Assembly: GCA_022710645.1 (NCBI GenBank)
Contig: JAKLGL010000001.1
Location: 20,614-84,613, forward strand
Direction of reading: 5' to 3'
DNA length: 64,000 nucleotides
Source of the DNA: Patescibacteria group bacterium
Lineage (GTDB): Bacteria; Patescibacteriota; Patescibacteriia; Magasanikbacterales; GWA2-37-8
Shown here piece by piece: positions 17,519 through 25,944 of the stretch; the first letter of the stretch is position 1, and each line of letters starts with the position of its first letter. Under the pieces are notes generated by a model that was given only the letters and a program-made list of their open reading frames with translations, was not told where the DNA came from and made no database searches. Position numbers and translations under genes: made by a program.

Positions 17519-17893
17519 ATGGCTAGAATAAACGAAATTTATAAGTGTGCGACTTGCGGCAATATTGTCGAAGTCACACACGGAGGTGCCGGACAATTGG
17601 TTTGCTGCGGCAAGCCGATGCTTTGGATGGAGGAAAATACCATAGACGCGAGTTTGGAAAAACACGTGCCGGTGATTGAAATTTCGGAAGGAAAGATAAA
17701 AATCAAAGTCGGCACTGTGGAACATCCTATGACTGAGGAACATTATATTGAATGGATAGAATATGTCACAGCGGAAAAAGTAGATAGAAAATATCTCAAA
17801 CCCGGAGACAAGCCCGAAGCGGAATTCGGTTTGACTGATGATGGTTTTGCCAGAGCTTATTGCAATTTACATGGACTGTGGAAATCGAAATAA
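17519..17893 (+). CDS. dfx: desulfoferrodoxin / superoxide reductase (2Fe-SOR)
   Basis: N-terminal desulforedoxin 'YKCATCGNIVEV...LVCCGKPM' and a SOR domain 'EKHVPVIE...HPMTEEHYIEWIE'. Start chosen at MARINE; the ORF track's TTG-start extension runs through the repeat. Confidence 0.85.
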   Translation: MARINEIYKCATCGNIVEVTHGGAGQLVCCGKPMLWMEENTIDASLEKHVPVIEISEGKIKIKVGTVEHPMTEEHYIEWIEYVTAEKVDRKYLKPGDKPEAEFGLTDDGFARAYCNLHGLWKSK

Positions 17894-17937
17894 ATTGCAG
17901 AAATTACAGAGATAGCAAAGATTGCAGAAATTAAAAA

Positions 17938-17992
17938 ACCGCTGATGAAGCGGTTTTTTAATAAAAAAATCCGTTCACATTGCTGTGAACGG
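17938..17992. terminator. Two adjacent hairpins (ccgctgatgaagcgg+T7 and ccgttcacattgctgtgaacgg) forming a bidirectional terminator between dfx and the convergent minus-strand operon
   Basis: Inverted repeats with T-runs, read from the sequence. Confidence 0.55.
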
Positions 17993-18005
17993 AAGGAAAA
18001 GAACT

Positions 18006-18173
18006 TTATTCTTCGTTATCTTCGGATAAAGCGGTGATAACGGTCGCGCCGATTACTATCATAATAATAGCGACCGGCAATAGAATAGGATATTTAATAG
18101 GTTTAGGAAGTTTATCAAGCCAGTTGAAGAATTTTTCCAGGAGATATTCCCGGGAATTCATGGTCTCGGTCAT
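18006..18173 (-). CDS. unannotated small membrane peptide (55 aa)
   Basis: Below the 60-aa ORF-track cutoff. It has an ATG with a GGAG RBS ('ttttaaggag', 6 nt upstream) and a hydrophobic core 'PILLPVAIIMIVIGATVITAL'. It lies downstream of the 110-aa gene in the same orientation. Confidence 0.35.
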   Translation of the reverse strand: MTETMNSREYLLEKFFNWLDKLPKPIKYPILLPVAIIMIVIGATVITALSEDNEE

Positions 18174-18184
18174 AATACCCCTCC

Positions 18185-18514
18185 TTAAAAGTAACTGATG
18201 TTTTCCTCTTCAAAAAGACGGATGCTATTGAAAGCGTCAATGAACCAGGAGAGATGCGAGAAGAGAGGATTTTTTTTGAAATCTTCTTCTGTCTTGGTAA
18301 GCGCGATTTCCAGATCGGAAACCGTACTGACCAGTTTCTTGGCCAGGTAATGGTTGTCGGCACCTTGTGAAAACAGTCGGCTCATCAGAGCCGTTCTGCG
18401 TTTGACACAGGTGATTCGATAGCTGATGATAGCCGGAAGTTTTGTTTCTTCCGTTTTTTCCAAAAAAGAAACGAATTCTTTCATGGTTTTTGCGCTTTCT
18501 TCCTTCCAGTTCAT
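18185..18514 (-). CDS. hypothetical protein (110 aa)
   Basis: The internal Met start 'MNWKEESAK' is preceded by an AAGAGGAAGG RBS. The minus-strand promoter TTGACA-17-TATATT lies at plus 18573-18601. Confidence 0.45.
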   Translation of the reverse strand: MNWKEESAKTMKEFVSFLEKTEETKLPAIISYRITCVKRRTALMSRLFSQGADNHYLAKKLVSTVSDLEIALTKTEEDFKKNPLFSHLSWFIDAFNSIRLFEEENISYF

Positions 18515-18572
18515 GGCCTTCCTCTTTAAAAAGTGGATAAACACACTTTGTTGTCAAAAGAACGGATTAATA

Positions 18573-18601
18573 AATATACCAAAATTATCGGTTTTTGTCA
18601 A
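18573..18601 (-). promoter_or_regulatory. sigma70-like promoter TTGACA-17-TATATT (minus strand)
   Basis: Reverse complement of plus 18573-18601. Confidence 0.5.
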
Positions 18602-18608
18602 TATAAAA

Positions 18609-18640
18609 CTGTCCGCTTCAGACGGACAGTTTTTTAATAC
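18609..18640 (-). terminator. intrinsic terminator downstream of asnS
   Basis: Hairpin ctgtccg-cttcaga-cggacag flanked by T/A runs on both strands. Confidence 0.55.
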
Positions 18641-18654
18641 TTTATTATTGGGTG

Positions 18655-20052
18655 TTAAAAGATAATGTTATTGGGTGTTCGCGGATAGGTGATTACATCA
18701 CGCACGTTTTTCATCCCTGTGAAATACATTATAGCGCGTTCAAAGCCCAGTCCGAATCCGGTATGAGGGAAAGTGCCGAATTTGCGAGAATCCAAATACC
18801 AAGAATAATCATCCGGATTGAGGCCGTGATCTTTTAATTTTTGCGTTAAAATATCCAAACGTTCTTCACGTTGCGATCCGCCGATGATTTCACCGATTCC
18901 CGGCACGAGCAAGTCAGTGGCAGCCACGGTTTTGCCGTCATCGTTGAGGCGCATATAAAACGCTTTTATTTCTTTCGGATAGTTGTAGACAAATACCGGT
19001 TTTTTATAAACGGTTTCTGCAAGATATCTTTCATGTTCGCTTTGCAAACCATCTTCCCATTTTACCGGGTATTCAAATTTTACTTTGGCTTTTTTGAGAA
19101 TTTCAATCGCTTCCGTATAAGTAATTCTGGCAAAATCATCTTTTAGAATATTTTCCAATTTTTCTATCAATCCCGGTTCGATGAATTCGTTGAAAAATTT
19201 CATTTCATCCGGCGCTTTTTCTAATAAATCTTTGATAAGATATTTGACAAATTCTTCGGCCAAATCCATATCATCAAACAGATCGGCAAAAGCTATCTCC
19301 GGTTCAATCATCCAAAATTCATTGGCGTGACGAGCGGTATTGCTATTTTCCGCGCGAAATGTCGGCCCGAAAGTATAGACATTACGATAAGCAAAACACA
19401 TTGATTCCACGGCCAATTGTCCGGAAACGGTAAGATAAGCTTCTTTTCCGAGTAATTCTTCGGAATAATTGATTTTCCCTTCAGCGGTTTTGGGAAGTTT
19501 GTTCAGGTCAAGTGTAGTGACGCGAAACATTTCACCTGCGCCTTCAGCGTCGTTACTCGTGATTATCGGAGTGTGAATATAAGTAAAACCTTTGTTTTCA
19601 AAAAAACGATGGATAGCTTGCGCTACTATGGAACGCGCGCGGAAAGTAGCCATAAAAGTATTGGTGCGCGGACGTAGGTGGGGGACAGTGCGTAAAAATT
19701 CAAAAGAATGACGTTTGGTTTGGATGGGATTACTCAAATCAGAGACGCCGACGATTTCAATACTCTTGGCTTGAACTTCAAAAGCTTGTTTTTCACCTTC
19801 GGACTTCACCAATTTACCCTCAACAATGAGAGATGAACCGGTATAAATATTTTCCAATTCGGAAAAATTTGGCAATTTATCGGTTAAAACGATTTGAATA
19901 TTTTTGTAACATGAACCGTCGTTAAATTCGATAAAGGCAAATGTTTTGGAAGAACGGGAAGTGCGGACCCAACCGGAAAGGCGCACTTCTTTGTCCAAGA
20001 ATTTTTTTGGGTTTTCCCAAATTTGTTTTACTAAGACGTTATTTTTTGACAT
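18655..20052 (-). CDS. asnS: asparaginyl-tRNA synthetase
   Basis: Class IIb aaRS with an N-terminal OB fold. '[21 protein letters not shown]' is diagnostic of AsnRS rather than AspRS. Length 465 aa. Confidence 0.9.
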   Translation of the reverse strand: MSKNNVLVKQIWENPKKFLDKEVRLSGWVRTSRSSKTFAFIEFNDGSCYKNIQIVLTDKLPNFSELENIYTGSSLIVEGKLVKSEGEKQAFEVQAKSIEIVGVSDLSNPIQTKRHSFEFLRTVPHLRPRTNTFMATFRARSIVAQAIHRFFENKGFTYIHTPIITSNDAEGAGEMFRVTTLDLNKLPKTAEGKINYSEELLGKEAYLTVSGQLAVESMCFAYRNVYTFGPTFRAENSNTARHANEFWMIEPEIAFADLFDDMDLAEEFVKYLIKDLLEKAPDEMKFFNEFIEPGLIEKLENILKDDFARITYTEAIEILKKAKVKFEYPVKWEDGLQSEHERYLAETVYKKPVFVYNYPKEIKAFYMRLNDDGKTVAATDLLVPGIGEIIGGSQREERLDILTQKLKDHGLNPDDYSWYLDSRKFGTFPHTGFGLGFERAIMYFTGMKNVRDVITYPRTPNNIIF

Positions 20053-20120
20053 AAGCGGATGAAGTTTAGTTGAAAATTACCTGTTAATTATACAACAATT
20101 CATTATAAGATTGCAAGAAA

Positions 20121-20218
20121 TGTCATCCTGAACGCAGTGAAGGATCTGTAAGTAAAATAATTACTTTTTGCAGACCTACCTGCCGGTAGGCAGGTTCTTC
20201 GCTTCGCTCAGAATGACA
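20121..20218. repeat. Dispersed imperfect-palindrome repeat, copy C, with the embedded 20-bp palindromic module cctacctgccggtaggcagg (20175-20194)
   Basis: The same arms as copies B and D. The inner module is shared with 53723-53742. Confidence 0.6.
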
Positions 20219-20265
20219 ATAAAATTATTTCACGGGGTAAAAAAAAGACCCCGCAGGGTCTTGGG

Positions 20266-20679
20266 TTAATTGAAAGAAAAAATACGATTTTCTTTCGGAG
20301 GAGTGCTTACCGGAATTACCTGGTTTTTTTTCAGGTAACCGTAAATAAGAACTCCTTCCTTATTTGACCAACACTTCAAAGAAGCACAGCCGATGATTTT
20401 AGTCATCTCGATTTCTTTTTGGTGAAAGGTTTTTTTCTCGCAGATTACGCAAATGTTTTTTGGTAGTTTTTCGATATCCGTTTTTCTGTACAACGCGTAC
20501 AAAGTAACAGGTTCGCCTTCGACAAGCGGATTGTGACACCAAGGACACACAAAATGACTTGTCGTTACTACTTCTTTTTTTCTTCTCTGGAAAAATTTTT
20601 CCAAGAATTTTTCGAAAAAATTTCTCATGATATGCTCCGTATTGAAAGTTTGATAATAAAGAACGACTGCAGTATACAT
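20266..20679 (-). CDS. hypothetical Cys-rich (zinc-finger-like) protein
   Basis: CPWC...CVIC...C..C cysteine pairs. The terminator hairpin gaccccgcagggtc+T8 lies just downstream at 20240-20262. Start may be the internal M at 20626. Confidence 0.4.
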   Translation of the reverse strand: MYTAVVLYYQTFNTEHIMRNFFEKFLEKFFQRRKKEVVTTSHFVCPWCHNPLVEGEPVTLYALYRKTDIEKLPKNICVICEKKTFHQKEIEMTKIIGCASLKCWSNKEGVLIYGYLKKNQVIPVSTPPKENRIFSFN

Positions 20680-20710
20680 TCAACCGGTGTAAATGTAAAG
20701 GATGTTGAAG

Positions 20711-21016
20711 ATTAATAAAGGCGCGTGTACGGTCACGCGCCAAGGTGTTGATCTTTGCGTTTGTTTGTTCGATTGCCATGGCATAGGGTTGATCCTGGTT
20801 TTCGCATGTAAACAGAGTTCACATCTACTTGCCATCAGGAGGGCTCGAAAGAAACCGTATTCTTTCGGACAAACCAGCGGGCCCCCAAGAAGAGAGCTGC
20901 GCTGGGAGAATGGCCTCCCGGTTTTCACAGATAACGAATCGGCGACGATAATGTGGCGGATTTACCGCGGAGAAAAGAACCGTCGCCCCCTACTCAATCG
21001 CAAACACAAAGAACAA
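20711..21016 (-). ncRNA. candidate ~300-nt structured RNA or cis-regulatory leader in a GC-rich island (unclassified)
   Basis: Perfect TTGACA-17-TATAAT on the minus strand (plus 21047-21052 and 21023-21028). A strong terminator hairpin ggcgcgtg-tacggt-cacgcgcc plus a U-run lies at plus 20711-20741. GC is near 50%. ORFs overlap in three frames with no plausible protein. Confidence 0.4.
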
Positions 21017-21054
21017 CAGATGATTATAGCATAAAACAGAAGATTTGTCAATAT

Positions 21055-21083
21055 TTGCTTTATTATCAACCTTTGACTATAAT
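21055..21083 (+). promoter_or_regulatory. sigma70-like promoter TTGCTT-17-TATAAT, divergent from and back-to-back with the minus-strand ncRNA promoter
   Basis: Read from the sequence. It drives the 84-aa zinc-ribbon gene, whose RBS is GGGGGAGG. Confidence 0.5.
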
Positions 21084-21142
21084 ACAAACAGAAGGAAAAA
21101 GGCCAAAATAGGCCCTTTACCAACTTTCCGGGGGAGGATAAA

Positions 21143-21397
21143 ATGCCGGAAAACAACAAAAGTTGTCCTTTATGCGGCGGACAACTGAAAAAAAGCCGTG
21201 TAGGCAGTGTTGTCAACATCATGGTGGGCGAAATTCAACACCTTTTCGCCAAAGGGTTGACAATGGAAAAAAAACCGTTCCTTTCATTTAGGTGTTGGGG
21301 CTACCAATGTCAGAATTCTCAATGCGGAAATATCTTTTCCGCAAGACAACTTGAGCAAGAGAAGGAGGAGTATCTTCACCAAACAGCATGCGGGTAG
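21143..21397 (+). CDS. small zinc-ribbon protein (84 aa)
   Basis: CPLCGG...CWGYQCQNSQCG cysteine motifs. Strong RBS, and a terminator hairpin at about 21400-21470. Confidence 0.5.
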   Translation: MPENNKSCPLCGGQLKKSRVGSVVNIMVGEIQHLFAKGLTMEKKPFLSFRCWGYQCQNSQCGNIFSARQLEQEKEEYLHQTACG

Positions 21398-21523
21398 CTT
21401 TTGCCCAAAGGCGGTTCTTCTTTAACAGCGTTCGCGCTGTAAACTGAAGACCGCCTTTACTTTTTTTATAATTTATTTTAATATTTTAAAAGAACTTTTG
21501 ATAAACAGGAGGAAAGAGGAAAA

Positions 21524-21691
21524 ATGGAAAAGTTTTGTTCTCTAACCGGAGATATTGTTGGCGGTTGTGTGATAGTTTTTGTCATCGCCGTATCTCTGGT
21601 TATTGTTACAACGCCGGTGATTATCTGTCGCGGCGGCCTGGAAATTTTCTGGTTTTTTCAAACCAAAAAATACAAGGCAAAACAAGGCTCT
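21524..21691 (+). CDS. unannotated small membrane peptide (55 aa)
   Basis: RBS 'caggaggaaagagg' before the ATG. Hydrophobic core 'GCVIVFVIAVSLVIVTTPVII'. The terminator ccctttcgcgcgaaaggg+T follows immediately. Confidence 0.4.
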
Positions 21692-21740
21692 TTTTAACCC
21701 TTTCGCGCGAAAGGGTTTTTTATTATATTATTATATATAG

Positions 21741-21769
21741 TTGACAAAACCGCTATTATGTTCTATGAT
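21741..21769 (+). promoter_or_regulatory. sigma70-like promoter TTGACA-17-TATGAT
   Basis: Read from the sequence. It lies upstream of the 112-aa zinc-ribbon ORF, whose RBS is GGAGG. Confidence 0.5.
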
Positions 21770-21829
21770 TAGCTGTTCTTTAAAAATAAAATTATTCCCG
21801 ATTTTTTAATAAATAATGGAGGAAAAAGA

Positions 21830-22168
21830 ATGAATGGCTTCGATTATTTTAAAGGAATTGACCCAACAATCCCGGTGGAAAAGTGCAAAAAATGCGGAAG
21901 AGGGTTCATGATGCTTTTTGGAGAAATTCCGAGAGTAGATTATCCTTTCATTCCGCCAAATGAAGAGGATCCCGTTCTTGTCAATCTCTCGTTGAGAAAA
22001 CCAGGAGAAGACAAGGAAAAGTTAATTGCCGGAATAATCCGTCTTTTTTACAGGTGCAACTGTTGCGGTAACAAAGAAAACACCGCTACTGGCAGAGAAA
22101 AAAACGAGACGGAAATTATCGGTAAACATGGAACCACCCAACCCGGTGATAGCCTGGAAATGGAATAG
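21830..22168 (+). CDS. small zinc-ribbon protein (112 aa)
   Basis: CKKCGRG...CNCCGN motifs. It has its own promoter, RBS and terminator-like hairpin. Confidence 0.5.
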   Translation: MNGFDYFKGIDPTIPVEKCKKCGRGFMMLFGEIPRVDYPFIPPNEEDPVLVNLSLRKPGEDKEKLIAGIIRLFYRCNCCGNKENTATGREKNETEIIGKHGTTQPGDSLEME

Positions 22169-22289
22169 TTTTTTATTCAACCAAAGGCCTTGATCTCAAG
22201 GTCTTTTTTTATTTTGTTTTTTGTTTTAGCCAGGGTTGTCTTTTTTCTTCTTTTACGTTATGATAAAGACACTAAAATTAATAAATTTA

Positions 22290-25222
22290 TGTCAAAAAAC
22301 ACTTTAAATAAAGCGCAAAAAACAGCTATTGAATATGTTGATGGTCCGCTCATGATAGTGGCTGGCGCCGGTACGGGCAAAACTACGGTGATTACCAAAA
22401 AAATAGCCCACATTTTGGAAAACAAATTGGCAACTCCCGAACAAATTTTAGCTTTGACTTTCAATGAAAAAGCGGCGGCTGAAATGCAAGAGAGATTAGA
22501 TGAGATGCTATCTATCGGTTATACGGAAATGCAAATTTCCACTTTTCACGCTTTTGCGGAAAAGATTTTGGAAAACTACGGTTTGGATATCGGGCTTTCC
22601 AATCAGTTCAAAATTTTGACTGAAACTGACGCTTGGTTATTGATGAAAAAAAATTTGGACAAGTTTAATCTGGATTATTATCGTCCTTTGGGCAATCCGG
22701 TGCGTCATATTCACGAACTCATCAAACATTTCAGCAAGTGCAAAGATGAATTGATAACTCCGGAAAAATATCTGGAATACGCGGAAAATTTAAAATTGGA
22801 TAAAGATAACGTTGAAATCGAAGAAAAAACCCGATTGAGCGAGGTGGCCAACGCTTATCATGTTTACAATCGTCTTTTGCTGGATAGTAATGCTTTGGAT
22901 TTCGGAGATTTGATTTATTACAGCGTGGAATTATTGAAAAAAAGAAAAAATATTTTGCAACAATTTCATCGCCGATTCAAATATATTTTGGTGGATGAAT
23001 TTCAAGATGTGAATTACGCGCAATATGAATTGGTCAAAATATTGGTTGAAGGTGGCGCGCAATTGACCGTGGTCGGAGACGATGATCAGAGTATCTACGC
23101 TTTCCGTGGCGCCAATGTGAGTAATATTTTGCGTTTTAAAGAAGATTTCAAAAATTGCAAGGAAGTTGTTTTGACGGAAAATTATAGAAGCGGACAAGAA
23201 ATACTCGATGTTGCTTATAAAAGCGTTGCAAATAACAATCCGGATAGATTGGAAGTAAAATTAAATATTGATAAAAGACTCGTCGCTTCCGGAGAGATAA
23301 AAACAGGAGAAGTTATTCACGCTCATTTGGAAACTCTGGACGATGAAGCCAAATTTGTCATTGATGAAATAAAGAAAATAAAAGAAAAAAACAAAGATGT
23401 CACTTGGGACGATTTTGCCATTTTGGTGCGTGCCAATTCTCATGCCGACCCTTTTATAAATTTATTGCAAAATTTCGGCATCCCTTACGAATTTTTGAGC
23501 AGTAGCGGATTGTTTCGTCAAGAAGTTGTTTTGGATTGTTATAATTTTTTCAAAGCTATAGACGGTTATCATGAAAATACCGCAATTTATAGAATATTAC
23601 GTTTGCCGTTTTTGGAGGTAAGTGAAAATGATTTGCAAAAAATGCTTTTATTTGCCAAACGTAAAACCGTATCTTATTACGAAGCTCTGAAACGCGGCAA
23701 AGAATACGGACTCGGTAAAGAAGGCGAGAAAATTTTTGCGGAAATCCTCGATTTTTTACACGAGGGGATGAAACAACAGAAAAGCGAAAAACCCACCAGA
23801 ATTTTGTATAATTTTTTGGAAAATAGCGGTTATTTGAAATTTTTGGCGCGCGGCGAACAAGAAGGAAACAGAGAAGTTATTCGTCGAATTTATCAATTGA
23901 AGCAATATTTTGATTACGTGCAAAATTTCGAAAAAATGGTTCCGGGAGCCAAAGTTTCCGATTTTGTCGCGCATTTTGCCGATGTACTGGATGCCGGAGA
24001 TTTGGGTGTTCTCAAACAACCGCAAGAAAGTCCGGATTCGGTCAATATCATGACTGTACACATGTCCAAAGGTTTGGAATTCAAATATGTTTTTGTGGTT
24101 AATTTGGTGGAAGATAGATTTCCGACTAGAAAAAGAAATGAAGGTATAGATATGCCAATACCTCTTCTTCACGAACAGATGCCCGAAGGGGATTATCATC
24201 TGCAAGAAGAAAGAAGGTTGTTTTATGTGGCAATTACTCGCGCCAAAGAAAAACTTTATTTATTGTCCGGAAAAAATTACGGCGGATCTCGTGATAAAAA
24301 AATCAGTCGATTTTTGAACGAGCTCGGATATACGGTCGGTAAATATGACAAGAAAAAATCCACAAGCGCTTTACCAAAATTGGAAAAAGTCAACGAAGAA
24401 AAAGGTAAGTTTATTTATGATTTACCGAAAAGTTTTTCTTTTTCTCAAATCAGTTCTTATGAAGATTGTCCTTACCAATATAAATTGAAAAATATTTTGC
24501 AATTGCAGATTAAAGGCGGTCCGCAATTTTCTTTCGGCCAAAGTATGCATTCCACTTTGCAAAAATTTTATATCCGCATCAAAGACTTGAATTCCGCTAA
24601 ACAAGAAAGTTTATTTGGTTTACCGGAAAAAAATTCGAAAATCGACGGTGAAATAAAGGTTCCGACTTTGGAAGAATTGTTGAAAATGTATGAAGAATCG
24701 TTTATCGATGATTGGTATAATAGTGCCAAACAACGCGAAGATTATTTTTTGCGAGGTAAAGAAATATTGCGTGATTATTATCGTGTTAACGAAGGTAAAT
24801 GGACCGTGCCGGTAGCCTTGGAGCAAAGATTCAAATATAAATTGGGAAAGTATCTGATTTCCGGACGAATTGACAGGATAGATATGACACCGGATAAAAA
24901 ATTAAAAATCGTGGATTATAAAACCGGAAATCCAAAAGAAAAGCTGGAGACCGAAGATAAAAATCAATTGTTAATATATCAATTGGCGTTATCCTCTTTG
25001 CCGGAATTTAAAAATCTCGGAGAAGTGAACGCTTTGACCTATCTTTATTTGTCCGATCAAAGCGAACTGACTTTTATCGGCACGGAAAAAGAATTGGAAA
25101 AAATAAAAGAGAAAATCACGGAAATTATCGATGCTATAAATTCCGGTAATTTTGAAGCCGAGCCGAGTAAATTTACTTGCGCGCGTTGCGATTTTCGAGA
25201 TATTTGCGAATTCAGAGAATAA
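22290..25222 (+). CDS. UvrD/PcrA-family SF1 helicase fused to a C-terminal Cas4/AddB-like PD-(D/E)xK Fe-S nuclease domain
   Basis: Walker A 'AGAGTGKTTVI', then 'LVDEFQD' and 'VGDDDQSIY'. The C-terminus has 'IDRIDMT...IVDYKTG' and a 'C...CARCDFRDIC' cysteine cluster. Start at MSKNTLNK; the ORF-track 22190 extension is hydrophobic junk. Confidence 0.85.
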
Positions 25223-25514
25223 TATGAAATCACTTTTTTCTATTTTAAAAGAAAAAATTCAAGATACGCCGGTATTGCGCAGCGCCAATGCTTCTTTAAC
25301 TGTTGAAGAAGCCAATAAAATATTGGGTGAAATTTTCGGTCAAGAAGCCATGTCTTTTTTGCAAGCGCGTTATATCAAAAACGATATTTTACACATCTGG
25401 TGTCAAAGTCCGACCGTAGCCAGTGAAATACGACTTAATGAAAATGAAATTTTGGCTAAAATAAGAGAAAAAAATACTTCAGCTAAGATTATCAGAATAA
25501 AAACCATAGTTTAG
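25215..25514 (+). CDS. DUF721 (DciA-like) protein
   Basis: About 100 aa with 'LHIWCQSPTVASEIRLNENEILAKI', the typical DUF721 core. Confidence 0.45.
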   Translation, partial: ENNMKSLFSILKEKIQDTPVLRSANASLTVEEANKILGEIFGQEAMSFLQARYIKNDILHIWCQSPTVASEIRLNENEILAKIREKNTSAKIIRIKTIV

Positions 25515-25554
25515 CTTGCCAAAAGGGCTTTTCTTCTGTTAAAATCAATTTACT

Positions 25555-25941
25555 ATGAACTTAAAAGAATATCTATTTTCCATAGGTTTGGGCTCTTTAC
25601 TTTGTATTACGATTTGTATTTTGGTGGTCATGAATTTTGATCCGGAAATTAACGCTACTTTGCCTTTGGTTTTCTTTTATTCCAGTTTATTTATGGGAAT
25701 TTTTAGCGGTTTTTCTTTTTTTGCTATTTTGGCGAAAAAGATAAAATATCGCGAAGATGAAATAGTGTTTCGTCAAATCAAAAAAGTTTTTCGCCAAGCA
25801 TTGATTTTTTCTTGTTTAGTGTCCGGAATCTTATATTTGGCGCATATGGATTTGCTCAACTGGTTAACATTTTTACTTATAATTTTCTTTTACTTAATTT
25901 TTGAGGGGGTAATTTTCAGCAAGGGGGAGATGCAACAATAG
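25555..25941 (+). CDS. hypothetical membrane protein
   Basis: Four predicted TM helices. No recognisable motif. Confidence 0.4.
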   Translation: MNLKEYLFSIGLGSLLCITICILVVMNFDPEINATLPLVFFYSSLFMGIFSGFSFFAILAKKIKYREDEIVFRQIKKVFRQALIFSCLVSGILYLAHMDLLNWLTFLLIIFFYLIFEGVIFSKGEMQQ

Positions 25942-25944
25942 AAT

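Noticed and set aside
18115-18557. Alternative minus-strand frames (82 aa and 106 aa) in the 18.1-18.5 kb region
   Set aside because: The frame beginning MNWKEES at 18514 and the 55-aa downstream peptide both have RBSs and a shared promoter. The other frames have neither.
20680-21222. Three mutually overlapping ORFs (20680-20928 minus, 20702-21034 plus, 20962-21222 minus) in the GC-rich patch
   Set aside because: They overlap one another in different frames, pass through a strong terminator hairpin, and lack RBSs. The region is better explained as a non-coding structured RNA.
22190-22289. N-terminal extension of the UvrD-like helicase ORF
   Set aside because: The extension is a hydrophobic low-complexity peptide spanning the upstream terminator. 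The conserved helicase N-terminus begins at MSKNTLNK (22290).
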